Counted from the first letter of the stretch, positions 44,173 to 58,486 are shown. The stretch: 64,000 bases of DNA from Eledone cirrhosa (GCA_964016885.1 OZ024747.1:72726001-72790000), one strand, 5' to 3'. Notes: generated from the letters alone by a model not told the origin. A program made the numbers and translations.

Positions 44173-46304
44173 AGCTATGCAGCCAACATCACGGGCTTAG
44201 GAGGACCCTCAGTTGTGTGAAATATATAACAACCTCCCCTGTGCACTTGATAGAATGCGAGACCGTACATAAGCAAGACAACAGATCCCTGGCTTGTCAG
44301 GATGAACAGTAGTCACTGCTTCAGTAGTGACTTGGATGTAGACCCATTCAACCATTGCTAGCAGGGAAAGGAGATGTTGAAACGACGATGATGATGATAT
44401 ATATATATATGTGGATTTTTGTATTCCAACAGTTTTTGTGTACTAAACAAAGAGGATACTGGCTGTTTCAATTGTGAGTACTTTAATGCTTTCATGTTAA
44501 GCTGTTGAATCAATAATTCCACTTTCATGGCTAAGGCTTCTGGCTGGGAATGTTGCCTTACAATTGATCCTATGCATGTGCTCCAAATGGATTTGTTGAT
44601 CAAATTGTAAGCAACAAGATCAAAATCATTGGACATCAATCTAAACCCATATATATATACATATACATACATATACATATACATACTTAAGGTAAACATT
44701 GATTCAATTCCGTCACTTCTATATATATATATATGCATATTATACACACACACACATGCGTGTGTGTGTATAATGTTTGTGTATGTATATATGTGTTTGT
44801 AGATATATATATATATATATATATATATCTCCAAACACACATATATACATACACAAACATTATACACACACACACACACGTGTGTGTGTGTGTGTGTGTG
44901 TAAAATATGCATTATGTTCAGATATTCTTTATTATGGCTAAATAGTGATCAACTTTAATTCTTCATCAATCCATCAATATCACACACACACACAAATGAC
45001 AGTTGCCATAATGTGTACTGAATAGAATAGTAGAGATTAATATATTCTTTATTCAGTCTCATGACTCAAACCAATACACACACACAATGGTTTGCCTTTG
45101 TAACATGAATGTGTAAATATACATGTGCTCATTAAATTAGTGTATATGCATGCTCATATATGTGTGTGTCTGTGTGTGTGTGTGTATTTCCTTTCAGGGA
45201 TTTCTGTGAGTGATGGGTCACAGTAAAGTCAAGAACAGCAAGGAAGGAGGTCACAAAGACAGTAGGTGATTGTGTGGTGGTGGTGGTGGTGGTGGTGGTG
45301 GCGGTGGTGTAGTGGATGTGATGTTGATGATTAAGAATGGACAACAGAATGAAAAACAACAGTTTCCTTTCTGCCTATTACTTTCTTTTCTATGGACCTA
45401 TTGTACAGAAAGCTATCTGATTTTGTGTTAATGAAGACGCACATGCGCGTGTGTGTGTCCTATAAACAATGACCAAGTGTTAATTGACATTACAATACAA
45501 GAAAACAAAGAAATCTAAGAAAAGTCAACAAGGACAGATATCCAAGGATAGCCACTGTACACCATTCTTTATATTATATGTTAATATAAAGAATGGTGTG
45601 CAGAGATACTATAAAATAGGACTGAAGGCCCTTAAAGATGGAAAAAGAAGATGCTATCGGCCAGTATAATGAATCAAACCCCATATCGCCTCGATACCAG
45701 CTAGGCATTTGGTTCAAAGCGCCAACATATGCACAATGTTTGTTGAAATTTATGTGGGTTTTTTTTATATATTATTAAATGCTCTCACTAAAACAAATTT
45801 TTATTCATTTAATGTCTTTTGAAAATTTGGGTGGTGAAATTGTCTGTGAAATATAGGTATGGGTTTTATGATTTTATAACCCTTCAACATTTACACCGGT
45901 TGTATCTGGCCAGAATTCTCTCACCTCTTTCTGTTCAAACCGGCCATAACTGGCCACTCATACTGATGTTAAAGTAATGTTCTCAAAATAAATAATATGT
46001 ATTAAATGCGGTGCCCCAGCATGGCCTCAGCCAGATGGCTGGAACAGGTAAATGAGTAATATCAAAATCTCATAGATTTGATATTATGTGAGATAATTGT
46101 GTAAGATAAAACCTTTACCACAATATCTGTTAGACACGCAGTGACTAACAACAGAATGTTTTAAGTCTGCATTTCTGACAAATATGCGTAGCTTGTGAAT
46201 AAAATATTTGAGAGGTTTCGCTGGCCGTGGTGATCCCTGCCAAACATCTTTTGTAATGTATCGTCTTATTGGCTAATTGCATCGACTTATTGCCTAATCA
46301 ACCA

Positions 46305-46961
46305 TAGAGAGAAACGAAGCCTGCATGCTCCGATGGATGTGTAACAGTAATATACGTGAACGACAAAGCATAAATGAATTGAGAGAGAGACTGAGAATAA
46401 AAGGAATCAAATGCTGTGTGCAGGAGAGGCGGTTACGCTGGTATGGACATGTGATGCGTATGAAGGATGACAGCTGCATAAAAAGGTGCAGAGCACTAGA
46501 AGTTGATGGAAACCGCGGAGTGGGGAGACCCAAGATGACCTGGGATGAGGTGATAAAAGCCGACCTTACCCAATTACACCTCTCAAAGGCAATGACACAC
46601 GACCGTGACCTCTGGCGTCACGCAGTAATACAGAGTACCCGACCTCCCATGGGTACAAGCTGAAGCATATAGACAATATGCCCCCACACCCCCCACTGCA
46701 AGGTGGTCGTGGAGGTGCCACGGAAAAAAAGCACCCAGCCCACACTGTAAAGTGGACGTGTAGGCGCCACGAAAAAGCGCCCAGCACTCACTGTAAATGA
46801 GGTTGGTGTTAGGAAGGGCATTCAGCTGTAGAAATCAAGCCAAATCAGTTCCTGTATGAGCAAGGCATGGTCAGCCGACCAGACACTGCCCACAACAGGA
46901 CAACCCGTCTAACCTATGCTAGCGTGGAAGAACGGACGTAAAACGGTGATGATGATGATGA
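46305..46961 (+). mobile_element. RTE family B, 5'-truncated
   Basis: ORF 46325-46663 and 3' UTR match 12055-12690. Confidence 0.93.
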
Positions 46962-47487
46962 CTTTGTTTGCACGTTTATTTATCGTTTCGCTTTCGAATC
47001 TTCCTCCTGTATTTCTTCGTTTAACATCAAAATTATTTTCTCGTTTTGGTAAGTTATATTGGTAATTTATATATGATTTTTTAAATTTATATTAACTAAT
47101 TTTTTTTTCAGTTCGTTATAACATGCTTATAATATTGGTTGTATCATATTTACTTATATATTTGTCCATATTATTGTTCGTTTTATGTTAGATTATTTTA
47201 TTAGATTATTTTTTTATTATTATGTTAGACTATTTGTATGTAATATTTAATTTTTATTAATTCAACTATAACAATTATTATGTAAAATATATTTATTTAA
47301 TATTGATTGTTTTTTGTAGTTGTTTATATTAAAAGTCTGAAAATATTTTTATACATCTTACAATAATATTTATAAGATCATTTATAAAATAATTATATAA
47401 TCTAATTACATTACAATGATAATTTATTATTAATATATATCATGTTTAACTAGAGTTATTACAAGCGTTGCCTTAAAAAAATATTAA

Positions 47488-47935
47488 ACTAGACCTGAAA
47501 AATGCGCAAGCTCAAAAGAGCCACAGAATGTTATAATAAACCTTCAAAAGTGTGGGACTAGAGTTGTTGCTCAAAAATATTGTAATCATTATCTATCGTG
47601 CACTCTGTGGCATCCTTTTATAAAAAAAGAGACTCATAATGAACTCAAGACGACACAATAATTATTTAAGTGAATTTATAATATAGAATTTGGTTTAAGT
47701 GCATTTCGTATTAATCATTACTAAACATCTAATATGAGATATTGAACATTAGCTTAAATAATTATCATGTCGTTTTGAGTTTGTTATGAGTCTCTTTTTT
47801 TATAAAAGGATGCCACAGAGTGTACGATAGATAATGATTACAATATGTTTGAGCAACAACTCTAGTCCCACACTTTTGAAGGTTTGTTATAACATTCTGT
47901 TGCTCTTTTGAGCTTGTGCATTTTTCAGGTCTAGT
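47488..47935. mobile_element. Fold-back / MITE with ~180-bp inverted arms
   Basis: 47488-47670 is the reverse complement of 47753-47935. Ends read actagacctg...caggtctagt. Confidence 0.8.
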
Positions 47936-48865
47936 AGAGTAATGTAAATGCTAAAGGGATAAGGTCTCCGGAACAAAATAAGTAGTCTTTACTATATAAA
48001 CCAAACATTGGTTGGTTATACATTAATATATTATATATTACAGGCATGGGCAATCTTTTGTGAACAGTGGGCTACATGAGGCTTATATGTCTACTAAAAA
48101 AATTAAAGGAAATTTAAAAAAAGTTAAATAGGTCGCAGTTTACACAATACTATAATAAAGCAAACTTTGATTGCACAGCACCAAACATTAACAATACATG
48201 GGAAGTATGTTTAGAAAGCAGCAAGAAATGATTGAACTTCAAAATGGAAATTTGAATTTGCCATAACATTTCACTAAATGACAGTCTTAATAACAGGGCA
48301 TATAAACACACAGAAAAAGACGTGTGCTGATACCTATCTTTTTCCATTCAGTGGGTTTATACACCCCATTATTAAGACTATGTTGTTGTTTTTTAGTAAA
48401 ATGTTACAGCAAAGCTTTATATTTTCAATTTCAATGTAATACATATTATTTTATAGTATTTAGTACTGTATAAACCAAACCAAAAATAACATGTAGGTAA
48501 AAAAGTAAAGGGCCTTTAACTACTGGTGAAGTTGTAGGGGTACTCTCATGGCACACAGTGTATCTTGGGCATATTACACCTGCCAAAGCCTATCCTCCAC
48601 CAGGACTGAATACAGCCCAGATTTCTTCAAGAGTGAGAGGGAGGAAAAAATTAACTCCAGTACTGAACTGGAAATTTATTGACCTTGAAAGGATGAAAAG
48701 CAAAGTTGATCTCAGTAGGATTTGAACTCAGAACACAAAGAGCTGGAACAAATAATGACATATTTAATCCAATAGAAAAATACAACTAGACAAGTAAGGA
48801 GGAACTTTTCAAGAAATAATTCAAAAACAAAATCTAATTACTACTACCACAAATAATAATAATGA

Positions 48866-49075
48866 TGGTTTCTTATTTCAGCACAAGGCCAGCAATTTGG
48901 GGAGAGGGGACAGTTGATTAAATTGATCCCAGTTCATTACTGGTATTTTATTTTATCAATCCCCCATAAGAATGAAAGGCAAAGCGTCAGCAGGATTTGA
49001 ACTCAAAACAGAAAGAGTCATAACTAAAGAGATACAAAACATTTTGTATGGCGCTCTGATTCTGCCAATCCACCA
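48866..49075 (-). mobile_element. SINE family 1
   Basis: Reverse match to 17474-17659. Confidence 0.8.
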
Positions 49076-49224
49076 ATCTAGCAATAATAACTATTTCCAG
49101 TGTAATTGATTATAAATGGTAATAATGAGAGTACGTAATAAAAATAACATTGGCCATACATGGCACAAAGTGTGATGAAATACATGAGTGATATAACTGA
49201 AAACAGTAAAACAGTGCAGAGTTT

Positions 49225-49574
49225 ATACACACACACACACGTGTGTATATATATATATGTATATAACCCCCCCCCCACACACACACACACATATATCCCC
49301 ACATACATATATATATACACACACACACATATATATATATCCCCACATACATATATATATATACACACATATATATCCCCACATACATATATATATATAT
49401 ATACACATATATATATATATACACATACATATATATATATACACATATATATATATATACACATACATATATATATATATATACACATATATATATATAT
49501 ATACACATATATATATATATACACATACATATATATCCCCACATACATATATATATATATATATATACAAATAC

Positions 49575-49611
<37 letters not shown>

Positions 49612-49640
49612 CATATATATATATAAACACACACACATTG
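49225..49640. repeat. TA/CA-rich minisatellite with a recurring atccccacatac unit
   Basis: Direct reading. Confidence 0.85.
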
Positions 49641-49929
49641 TGTATGTGCGTGTGTGCAAAAAATGGGAGTAGGGACAAAAATGACTAAATAAAAGAAACA
49701 ATAAAATGAACTAGAATAATGGCATATATACAAGAATGGTGATGAATATATGTAATATGGTAATGGAGTTGTTTTTAGTATTAAAACTTCCTGGTTTTTG
49801 TTAAGACCAACATTGTTGCCATTCTAGAAATAGAAGCAAATTCAACAAAAATTTTGTTTTTCATTTTTATATTTTTTAATATTAATTCTAAGTCTAAAGT
49901 CTGTCTCGAGCCCGGAGGCTGATTAGTCC

Positions 49930-50230
49930 AATGCTCTCCAGTCCATTGTAGGGTTAAAGTCTATCAGAAGCCTGGAGGCTCATCAGACCGGTGCTTATCT
50001 CGGTTTCCATGGCATTAAGTGACAGAGTACAACATTCTTACCCTGGAAAGGATGCCAGCCCATCGCAGGGTTAAACCCCTAGCTATTGCTGGTACTCATT
50101 TTCAGATGAGTATACTGGAAGAAAATGAAATGAAGGGTTTTACTTAAGAACACACCACACAACCCAGTCCAGGAATCGAAGCCACGACATTATAATCGTA
50201 AGTCTCTTACCACTGGGTCACATGCCTCCA
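49930..50230 (-). mobile_element. tRNA-derived SINE (family 2)
   Basis: 'ctggaagaaaatgaaatgaagggttttacttaagaacac...ccagtccaggaatcgaagcc...accactgggtcac'. Confidence 0.55.
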
Positions 50231-50427
50231 CCATTATATTAATTACTTTCATTTAAATAAATTTTCTTTTACCAGTTTCAGGTCATTTCATTGTTCCTTC
50301 ATCATCTCTCTGAGCTATGGGATATAAACCAACAACACTGGTAGATGTAATCACATATATACACATATACATACATATTCACACATTACACAGATACACA
50401 CACAAGAAAGTAAAACTGGGCCTATAA

Positions 50428-50660
50428 TGGTTTCTGATTTAGGCACAAGGCAAACAATTTAGGGGGGAGTGGAAAGTCGATTAAATCGACCCCAGTGTGT
50501 TACTGGTACTTTATTTTATTGACCCTGTAAGGATGAAAGGCAAAGCTAACCTCAGCGGGCTTTCAATCAATCTGGGTTATAATAAAAGACTTGCTCAAGT
50601 AACTGATTGGTACTTTTTTTATCGACCACAAAACGCTGAAAGGCAAAGTTAACCTTGCGT
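50428..50660 (-). mobile_element. SINE family 1 fragments
   Basis: Reverse central domain occurs twice. Confidence 0.7.
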
Positions 50661-50935
50661 TTCATATACAGTTATGTAAATCTAGGTGGCAAATTGGTAG
50701 AATCATTATAGCATAGGACAACATGCCTTGCAGTATTTGTTCTGACTCTCCTAGTTATATTTAGAGAAAGCAACCCTTTTCAAGCAGTGGGCCTGATAGA
50801 ATGAGACTCATCACAAGGCAGGCCACACTACTAAAACATTCAAGGTAATTTTGAAATTTGGCATGCCATTGAAAAAGCCTCAGAGGCTGCATGCAGCTCA
50901 CGAGCCACACTTTGCCCATCACTGATTTAGAATGC

Positions 50936-51095
50936 ATATTTACAATATATAGAGTATATATTTACAATATATAGAGTATATATTTACAATATATACAGTA
51001 TATATTTACAATATATACAGTATATATCTAAAATGTAGAGTATATATTTACAATATATACAGTATATATCTACAATGTAGAGTATGTATATACAA
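50936..51095. repeat. ~20-bp tandem minisatellite (atatttacaatatatagagt)
   Basis: Direct reading, about 7-8 units. Confidence 0.9.
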
Positions 51096-51864
51096 TGAGT
51101 CAACCAGACAAATATTTTTAACAATAATTGTATTCTTTTCTTTTTCAATGTGAATTGTGTTAGCATAATTAACGTCAATGGTTACTTATTTTTTAACATT
51201 TTAATTGTTCCTACTTCTTTACCCACTTGTTTCTGAGAGGGTCATGGAGACCAAGTCCTCAAACACTCCTTCCAGTCGGTCCTGTCAGAAGCAACCATCT
51301 CCAATTGATCCGGCTGGATTCCCAAGCGAGACCAGACAACCATCTTGCTCAGGGTCTATCCACCCCTGGATCTTCTACCAGTTGGTTTCACCCATAAAAT
51401 CTGTCCAGTGATTCTTTCCTGAGACATTCCAACCACATGCCCATAATGTCAGAACTGTGATCTCTCAATTCGGAGAAGTAGCAGCTCTACCTGGAGTGAC
51501 TCAGATCTCCGAGCTATGCACTCTATCAAGCAATGCTACTCTAAAGACTCTTCGGAGGACCCCAATTTGGCCACTTGCATTCACGATCGTATTCTTTCAG
51601 TCATTACCCAAGATTTTTCCGCCTGCTTCAGTGGAACATTATTCTAAATCTGCTTAGTCATTTTCTCATCACTACTTCATCAAATACAATACAATGAAAT
51701 TTATACATCAATAAGGAAGTCTAATAAAGCTGGAACATATGAGTTATTTCCCATACTTGTTGAAGTGATTGAAATATTATTAATCATTGATATAAATGTT
51801 TTTCATCACAGGGTGAATTTTTGGAGTAGAGAGAATACCTTAGTGTTTAGTCTCTCTCTCTCTA

Positions 51865-51900
<36 letters not shown>

Positions 51901-52118
51901 CACATTTAGAAGTAATGAGGTTTAATAAGACTAACATTCTGAATTGTCTGATACTTGCAGAAATAATTAAAATCACATTAGCTATTGAATTATTTTTTTT
52001 CCTTGCTGCTTAATTTTTTCTAATTAGAATTTTTATGTTCACAACATTAAATATGTTAATACTAACTAGCTTACTCTTTAGTCGATAAACACAACTACAC
52101 AGTTATTAATATTGTTGA

Positions 52119-52154
<36 letters not shown>

Positions 52155-52160
52155 TATTAA

Positions 52161-52347
52161 GGCAGTGAATTGGCAGTATTGGTAGAAGGTTGGACGCCAT
52201 GCTTTCTAGCATAGTTACGTCCCTTTACGGTCTGAGTTCAAATCCCGCCAAGGTTAACTTTGTCTTTCATCCTTACGGGGTCGATAAAATAAAGTACCAG
52301 TAATGTACTGGTTAATTGCTGGCCTTGTGCCTAAAGTAGAAACAATT
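52161..52347 (+). mobile_element. SINE family 1, full length
   Basis: Closely matches 17474-17659 and is flanked by (ATT)n. Confidence 0.88.
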
Positions 52348-53105
52348 ATTATTATTATTATTATTAATAGTTATTTTTTCACACACTTAGACATTTTATG
52401 TTTAGATGTGTGGAATGCAGTATTGCAGTCTGGACATGTTGCATCAAGTTTGCTACCCAGCCTGTTTTATTTTTCATTTTATTTTACATATGTCAAGACG
52501 GTCTGGTGGTATTTGGTGCAAAGATAGAGAAAGTGGGACATACATGGATATTAAACAGTTTTTGGTTCTTATAGGATTAACTAAACATATCTGGCAACCC
52601 AGCACAGAATAGAGAGAGATGGGGAACCTAATAGCGCCATCATATCATATTAATATTTTGTTGCATCTGTAAGTTTTGCACAATTTATTTGCCAATAGTT
52701 TTCTGGAAAGGAAGTTTTTAAATTATTGATTTTGGCTTCAGTTTAAAGTATTTCATTGATCTGCCAATGGTTGAGGTCATTATTTCACCTTGGTCAGTGT
52801 TCTAAGTGAAAACAGCTACAAGTGTCCGGTTATTTACCATTTTATCACACAGTCAGAACGGAAGGTCAGTGCTCATGACAATTTTTGGAGCCACATGTTT
52901 GACCAACAGAGGTGGTAGCAGTTTAAATTATTGGTTTCAACTTAAACTGTTACCACCTCTGTTGGTCAATACTAACAAAGAACAAAAGAAAACTTTGGAC
53001 AAAAATATGAACTTTCCTCTCTAAATATGTAAAAACTAAATATTTGTTTTCACTATTTTATTATTATTCGTATAAATATGCAATTTAACTGCACTTTACA
53101 CTTCC

Positions 53106-53145
53106 ATCGTTGAAAAAGCATATAAAGCTGAAACCGGTACACGAT
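53106..53145 (+). ncRNA. Minimal hammerhead-like motif, U3-A8 core, stem I damaged
   Basis: atcg-TTGAAAA-agc.atataaa.gct-GAAA-ccgg-ta-cacgat. Confidence 0.55.
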
Positions 53146-53274
53146 TAAATGCGGATATCCCTACTTTGTAAATAAATGTTTTGATTTTATACTGAAAAAA
53201 TCCCTCCACCATTTTCTACTGTATGTTTTTCCTTTTTACTATTTGTTTATATGTATATATACCTACACACATAT

Positions 53275-53327
<53 letters not shown>

Positions 53328-53449
53328 ATTTGCTAAACAGCCAAAGTACATGATAAATTATATCTGTACCAATACAAATTGGAAGTAATATATAAATTTA
53401 CATTAATTTATTATATAGACATGTAAACATGCTAATTCTAGTATTTCCC

Positions 53450-54358
53450 TGTAAGAAACAGTAGACAGCTTCTGCTACCTAGGTGACCGAATTAGCAACG
53501 GAGGTGGGTGTTCAGAAAGTACAATAACTAGGGTAAGAACGGGATGGAAGAAGTTTAGGGAACTACTACCACTGCTAGCTGCAAAAGGCTTCTCCCTCAG
53601 AATGAAAGGCAGACTGTATGATGCGTGTATCCGAACAGCGATGTTGCATGGTAGTGAGACCTGGGCGCTGAAGGTGGAAGACTTACGTAGATTAGAGAGA
53701 AACGAAGCCTGCATGCTCCGATGGATGTGTAACAGTAATATACGTGAACGACAAAGCATAAATGAATTGAGAGAGAGACTGAGCATAAGAGGAATCAAAT
53801 GCTGTGTGCAGGAGAGGCGGTTGCGCTGGTATGGACATGTGATGTGTATGAAGGATGACAGCTGCATAAAAAGGTGCAGAGCACTAGAAGTTGATGGAAA
53901 CCGCGGAGTGGGGAGACCCAAGATGACCTGGGATGAGGTGATAAAAGCCGACCTTACCCAATTACACCTCTCAAAGGCAATGACACACGACCGTGACTTC
54001 TGGCGTCACGCAGTAATACAGAGTACCCGACCTCCCATGGGTACATGCTGAAGCATATAAACAATATGCCCCCACACCCCCCACCGCAAGGTGGTCGTGG
54101 AGGTGCCACGGCAAAAAAGCACCCAGCCCACACTGTAAAGTGGACGTGTAGGCGCCACGAAAAAGCACCCAGCACTCACTGTAAATGAGGTTGGTGTTAG
54201 GAAGGGCATCCAGCTGTAGAAATCAAGCCAGATCAGTTCCTGTATGAGCAAGGCATGGTCAGCCGACCAGACACTGCACACAACAGGACAACCCATCTAA
54301 CCGATGCTAGCATGGAAGAACGGACGTAAAACGGTGATGATGATGATGATGATGATGA
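53450..54358 (+). mobile_element. RTE family B, 5'-truncated
   Basis: Near-identical to 11810-12690. (GAT)n tail. Confidence 0.94.
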
Positions 54359-54422
54359 AATATGATAAATATCATGTCTTGACCTGTGAAGCTAGTTGAG
54401 TGATTCATCAAATGATATATAA

Positions 54423-57400
54423 TCTATATATAAAACAGAAGATGTCTGTCTGTGTAACCGTGTGCATTTCTACATTTTACAACCGATTTGCACCACATTT
54501 CATACATAGGTTTCTGAAGTCCTATTATGCGGTGTAGGTTATTTTATTTTTCCGTACATCGATTGTGGGGGCCTCCAGAGAAAGATAACCCTTTAAGCCT
54601 CTCGCTTGGAGTCAGCAGTAATACTGCATAAAGGCCCCATAATTCCTGCAGTTTGCCTCCCATCTTCACCAAAATTAATCTTTTGTTTGCTTATGGCCTA
54701 CAAATAAATTTGCAAGCAAGCTCTTGCGCAGAAATTCAGGTAGGGGACCCCTTGAGGGGCAGTAAACCGACTTGATGAATGTTGAAGTTGATATCATCAA
54801 TGCAACAAATGGTCATAACTGCTTGAGTTGGTGTTTGGTTTTCACGAAGCGAGACGTATTGGTTACCTATGGCTTATAAAGGAAGGTGAACACATGAATT
54901 TTTACTTGAACTTATCAAGGGGACCCGGGGGGGGGGGGGGTAGTAAGCCCCTTTGACGTATCTATTGAAGTTCACATTAACACTATTAGTACCTGATAAC
55001 TTTTGAAGTTTACATTCGATTTTAACTTTACTGGACACATTGGTTACCCATTGCCTAACGATGATGTTGAAGACACTGTCTATACTCGGAACAAGCAAGG
55101 GGATCCCCAGGGGGCAGTAAGCCCCGGCGAGTCATTTATTGAATTTGGCTATTGTAATGCAGCAAAGCGTCATAGCTTCGATAATTGGTAGTCCAATAAA
55201 ACGAATTTCAACTTAGTTGTTATTCATATACTACAGATGAAGATACAGTGAGGCACATTTTCTTTCATTTCAATTCAGCAAGAGGACCCCTTTCGGGGAC
55301 AATGAGCCCAATTCATTAACCTATAAAAGTTCAAACTGACACAATAAAAAAGCACCATAATCTCGGGAGTTTATACTTGATTCTTACAAAAACTAAACGA
55401 AATGGTTATTGCCTGCCATAAGATAAAGCACCACACATTCGTTATCACTTGAATTTTGCAAGGGAACTCCCTAGGGAGGGCAGTGAGCCCCTTCGGGCCA
55501 CTTTTAAAGTTCATATTATGGTTGCAGCAAAGCATTTCAACTTCTGGAAATAAAAGTCAATATAAACGAAAGTTGACGCATTGGTTACTCATGTCCTACA
55601 AATGGAGTAGCGAATTTTTAAATCCCCCTGACTTAACTTTGGTTTGTTTAGTTAACTTTAGGATGATTGAATTTAATTTTGCACCCGGTTGTCTCCCCCG
55701 TGTAATTGCACCACAATTAAGTGCGGAATGGGGAGTTAAATTTTTTTCATTGAACTTTGGCGTCATTTCACACTCCTGCCTAAGAAAGTGCGATTTAACC
55801 CAGGTGTAAATTTTGTGCTATTTCACACTCATGCCTAAACTGTGCGAATGATTGATTAGTTTTTGCACCCAGTTGTCTCTCCCGTTTAATTGCACCTCAA
55901 TTAAGTGCGAAATGGCGACCTCTGGCCAACCACACATCAGTGAGTTGTGTTCAATAGATTTCATCACACTTATTTGTATTATCTAACCAATCAGACAACT
56001 CGATTGTTGTTCATTGAGTGAAATCACTCCTATTTATACTGGTCAAGTCCGACCTAGGATCACACTTCTTTTTTGGCTTTTGACAAGTGGTAGGTTTTTT
56101 TACATGTGTACTCTCATAAGCTACCCCATGTTTCTGAAACACATGCTTCTTCAACAAATGTCACCTTAAAGGAGGTTTAGTTAATGTGTTTATGATCATA
56201 AGGTTCCAGTTTATCATGCTGTGATTTTTCGGCCATTTTTGCCTGTATCCTTTCAATGGTTAGTACTTACTTATTGCTATGTTCGAACTGAACATACATA
56301 CCTACCACTATAGCCACACTATTTAATTTCCTTTATCACAGATAGTCCGTACGCTGCGTTGCCCCTAACTTAAAACCTGAAATTTGACTGGTACACAAAA
56401 TCTTGCAAAACACACCCGTTTTCTCAGACCACATAGATTTATCACATTTTTTCACAATTTATATCAGTGTTTAGATTTCCTTACTTAAACGTTATTTGTC
56501 CACTATTTATCGTTCTCCCTGGTTAATTTTCTAAAGACAATCCCCCCCACCAAGAAAAGAACTTTCATTGGTTGATTATCTAATGATGCAAGTAGGTCTA
56601 AGCGAAGGCGTCTCACCGAAGATGTAAATCCGACTGCGATCAGGCTCTCACAGAATGCTGTGCAGACGGCAGCTGCAAGAGCGAAGGAGAATGAGTCGGC
56701 GTGAACTTCGACAGAACAAAGATGCTGCCATGACTGCTGCTGCTCGCACTCGAGAGGATGAAGGATGACGTGCCATTCGACAAAGCAGGGACGCCACTGC
56801 AACAGCCGCTGCTCACGCGCAAGAGGATGAAGGACGCCGTGCCATTACTGACGCAGGGACTTCACTGCAACAGCTGCTGCTCGCACTCGAGAGGATGAAG
56901 GACGACGCACCGTTCGACGAAGCAGAGACACCGCTGCCACACGAAATACTGAAACCATAGAGCAACGACGTGGCCGACTTCTGCAAAGTGAACAGCGGTG
57001 ATCATTGTTACGTGGCATTTCTAGGACTTGCAATTCACGATGGTTGTTGAAGGCCTTTAACTATGACCCCTCCTCCGACTACGCTGTGCTTGCCTGGAAA
57101 CCTGCACGTCTACAAGTCCCTTGACTCTATGGCTGATCCGGACGAAATTGTTAAGTACCCCACAGAATTTCTTAACTCCCTAAACCCTCCCGGATTGCCA
57201 ACATACTTAATGCGACTTAAGAAAGGTGCCCCTGTCATGCTCCTCAAGAATTTGGAACCCTGAAGGCTTTCCAACAGCACACATCTGGTCGTCCAAAAGG
57301 CGATGCCTCATGTTATTGAGGCAACAATACTTACATTATGTGGTAAGGGGGATACTGTCTTCATACCAAGGATACCTCTCATTCCATCCGGTAAAGACAT

Positions 57401-57823
57401 TCCTTTCACATTCAGAAGGCTGCAATTCCCTCTCCGGCTCAGTTTTGCCATGTCGATTAACAAGTCACAGGGTCAGACGCTGATGGTCGTAGGGCTTAAT
57501 TTAGAAGAATCGTGCTTCTCCCATGGTCAACTATAAGTTGGCTGCTCTCGAGTGGGGTGCCGACATAGCCTATTTGCTATTGCAACTCACGAGAAAACCC
57601 AAAATATAGTCTATAAGGAAGTTTTGTAGGCACCCCATCTGCCAACAAGTAATCGCTGTATAAGTGTTTACATTTGCTGTATCCGTGTGCTATTTTTGTC
57701 CTTTTGACAATACCACGTATGCCTCTTTATAAATGTTCAATGTCTCCGTTTTCAACATTTATATGTTGCTATTATGCTTTGCTATTGATGCTGTGTAGTT
57801 TTAACGCCAGGTACCTCTGCTAG
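54423..57823 (+). mobile_element. Helitron, internally deleted
   Basis: 5' a|TCTATATATAAAA...atgtctgtctgt and 3' aacgccaggtacctctgCTAG|t, i.e. an AT target with no TSD. Contains RepHel remnants. Confidence 0.88.
56540..57629 (+). pseudogene. Helitron RepHel remnant: N-terminus fused to the Pif1-type helicase C-terminus
   Basis: Charged repeats and KAFNYDP, then [77 protein letters not shown]. Stops are present. Confidence 0.9.
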
Positions 57824-58251
57824 TATCAGATAAACGACAAGCAAATCTTCAATTGTGCTGGCAATGAATAAAATGCTTTCTAGCTTGAGTTTTTACCTAT
57901 GACTATAGAAATAATGTTGATAATAGTGATAGTGACAGTGGTCGTGGTGGTGGTAATAATGGTAGTGATAGTGGTAATGGTACTGGTGATAGTGGTGGCG
58001 GTGGTAGTAGTATTTTTGTAATTAAGATTTACTCCGCTATTAACTAACATTTACTCTCGCTCCTATATTTCAGTCTGTCTGGCATATTGTTGAATTTACT
58101 AGGAATTACACTCCCACCCGTAAACCCTCCCTATCAAAGGAGAACCCAAGTTTCATTTATAGTGTTAGGGCGTGGCAAAGGTTAACTTTTTTCTATAAGC
58201 AAGAATAGGTAAAGAAACAAAACTTACACAAGGGAATATTTCTGCTATTAA

Positions 58252-58458
58252 CCCTTTAGCATTCACATTACTCTATATATACTATTGTATTTTCATGGTA
58301 AAGACTTTACCTCACATAATATTGAATCTATGAGATTTTGAAAGTATATATTTTGAGAACAATACCTTAACATCAGTTTGAGCGACCAGTTACAGCCAGT
58401 TTCAACAGAAAGAGGTAAAAAATTCAGGCCGGTTTTGGCCGGTTTGAACATTAAAGGG
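58252..58458. mobile_element. TTAA-flanked MITE (piggyBac-like ends)
   Basis: ttaa|ccctttagcattc ... gaacattaaaggg|ttaa. A related copy lies in the opposite orientation at ~45878-46100. Confidence 0.6.
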
Positions 58459-58486
58459 TTAAATGTTTTGTTAATCATATATATAT

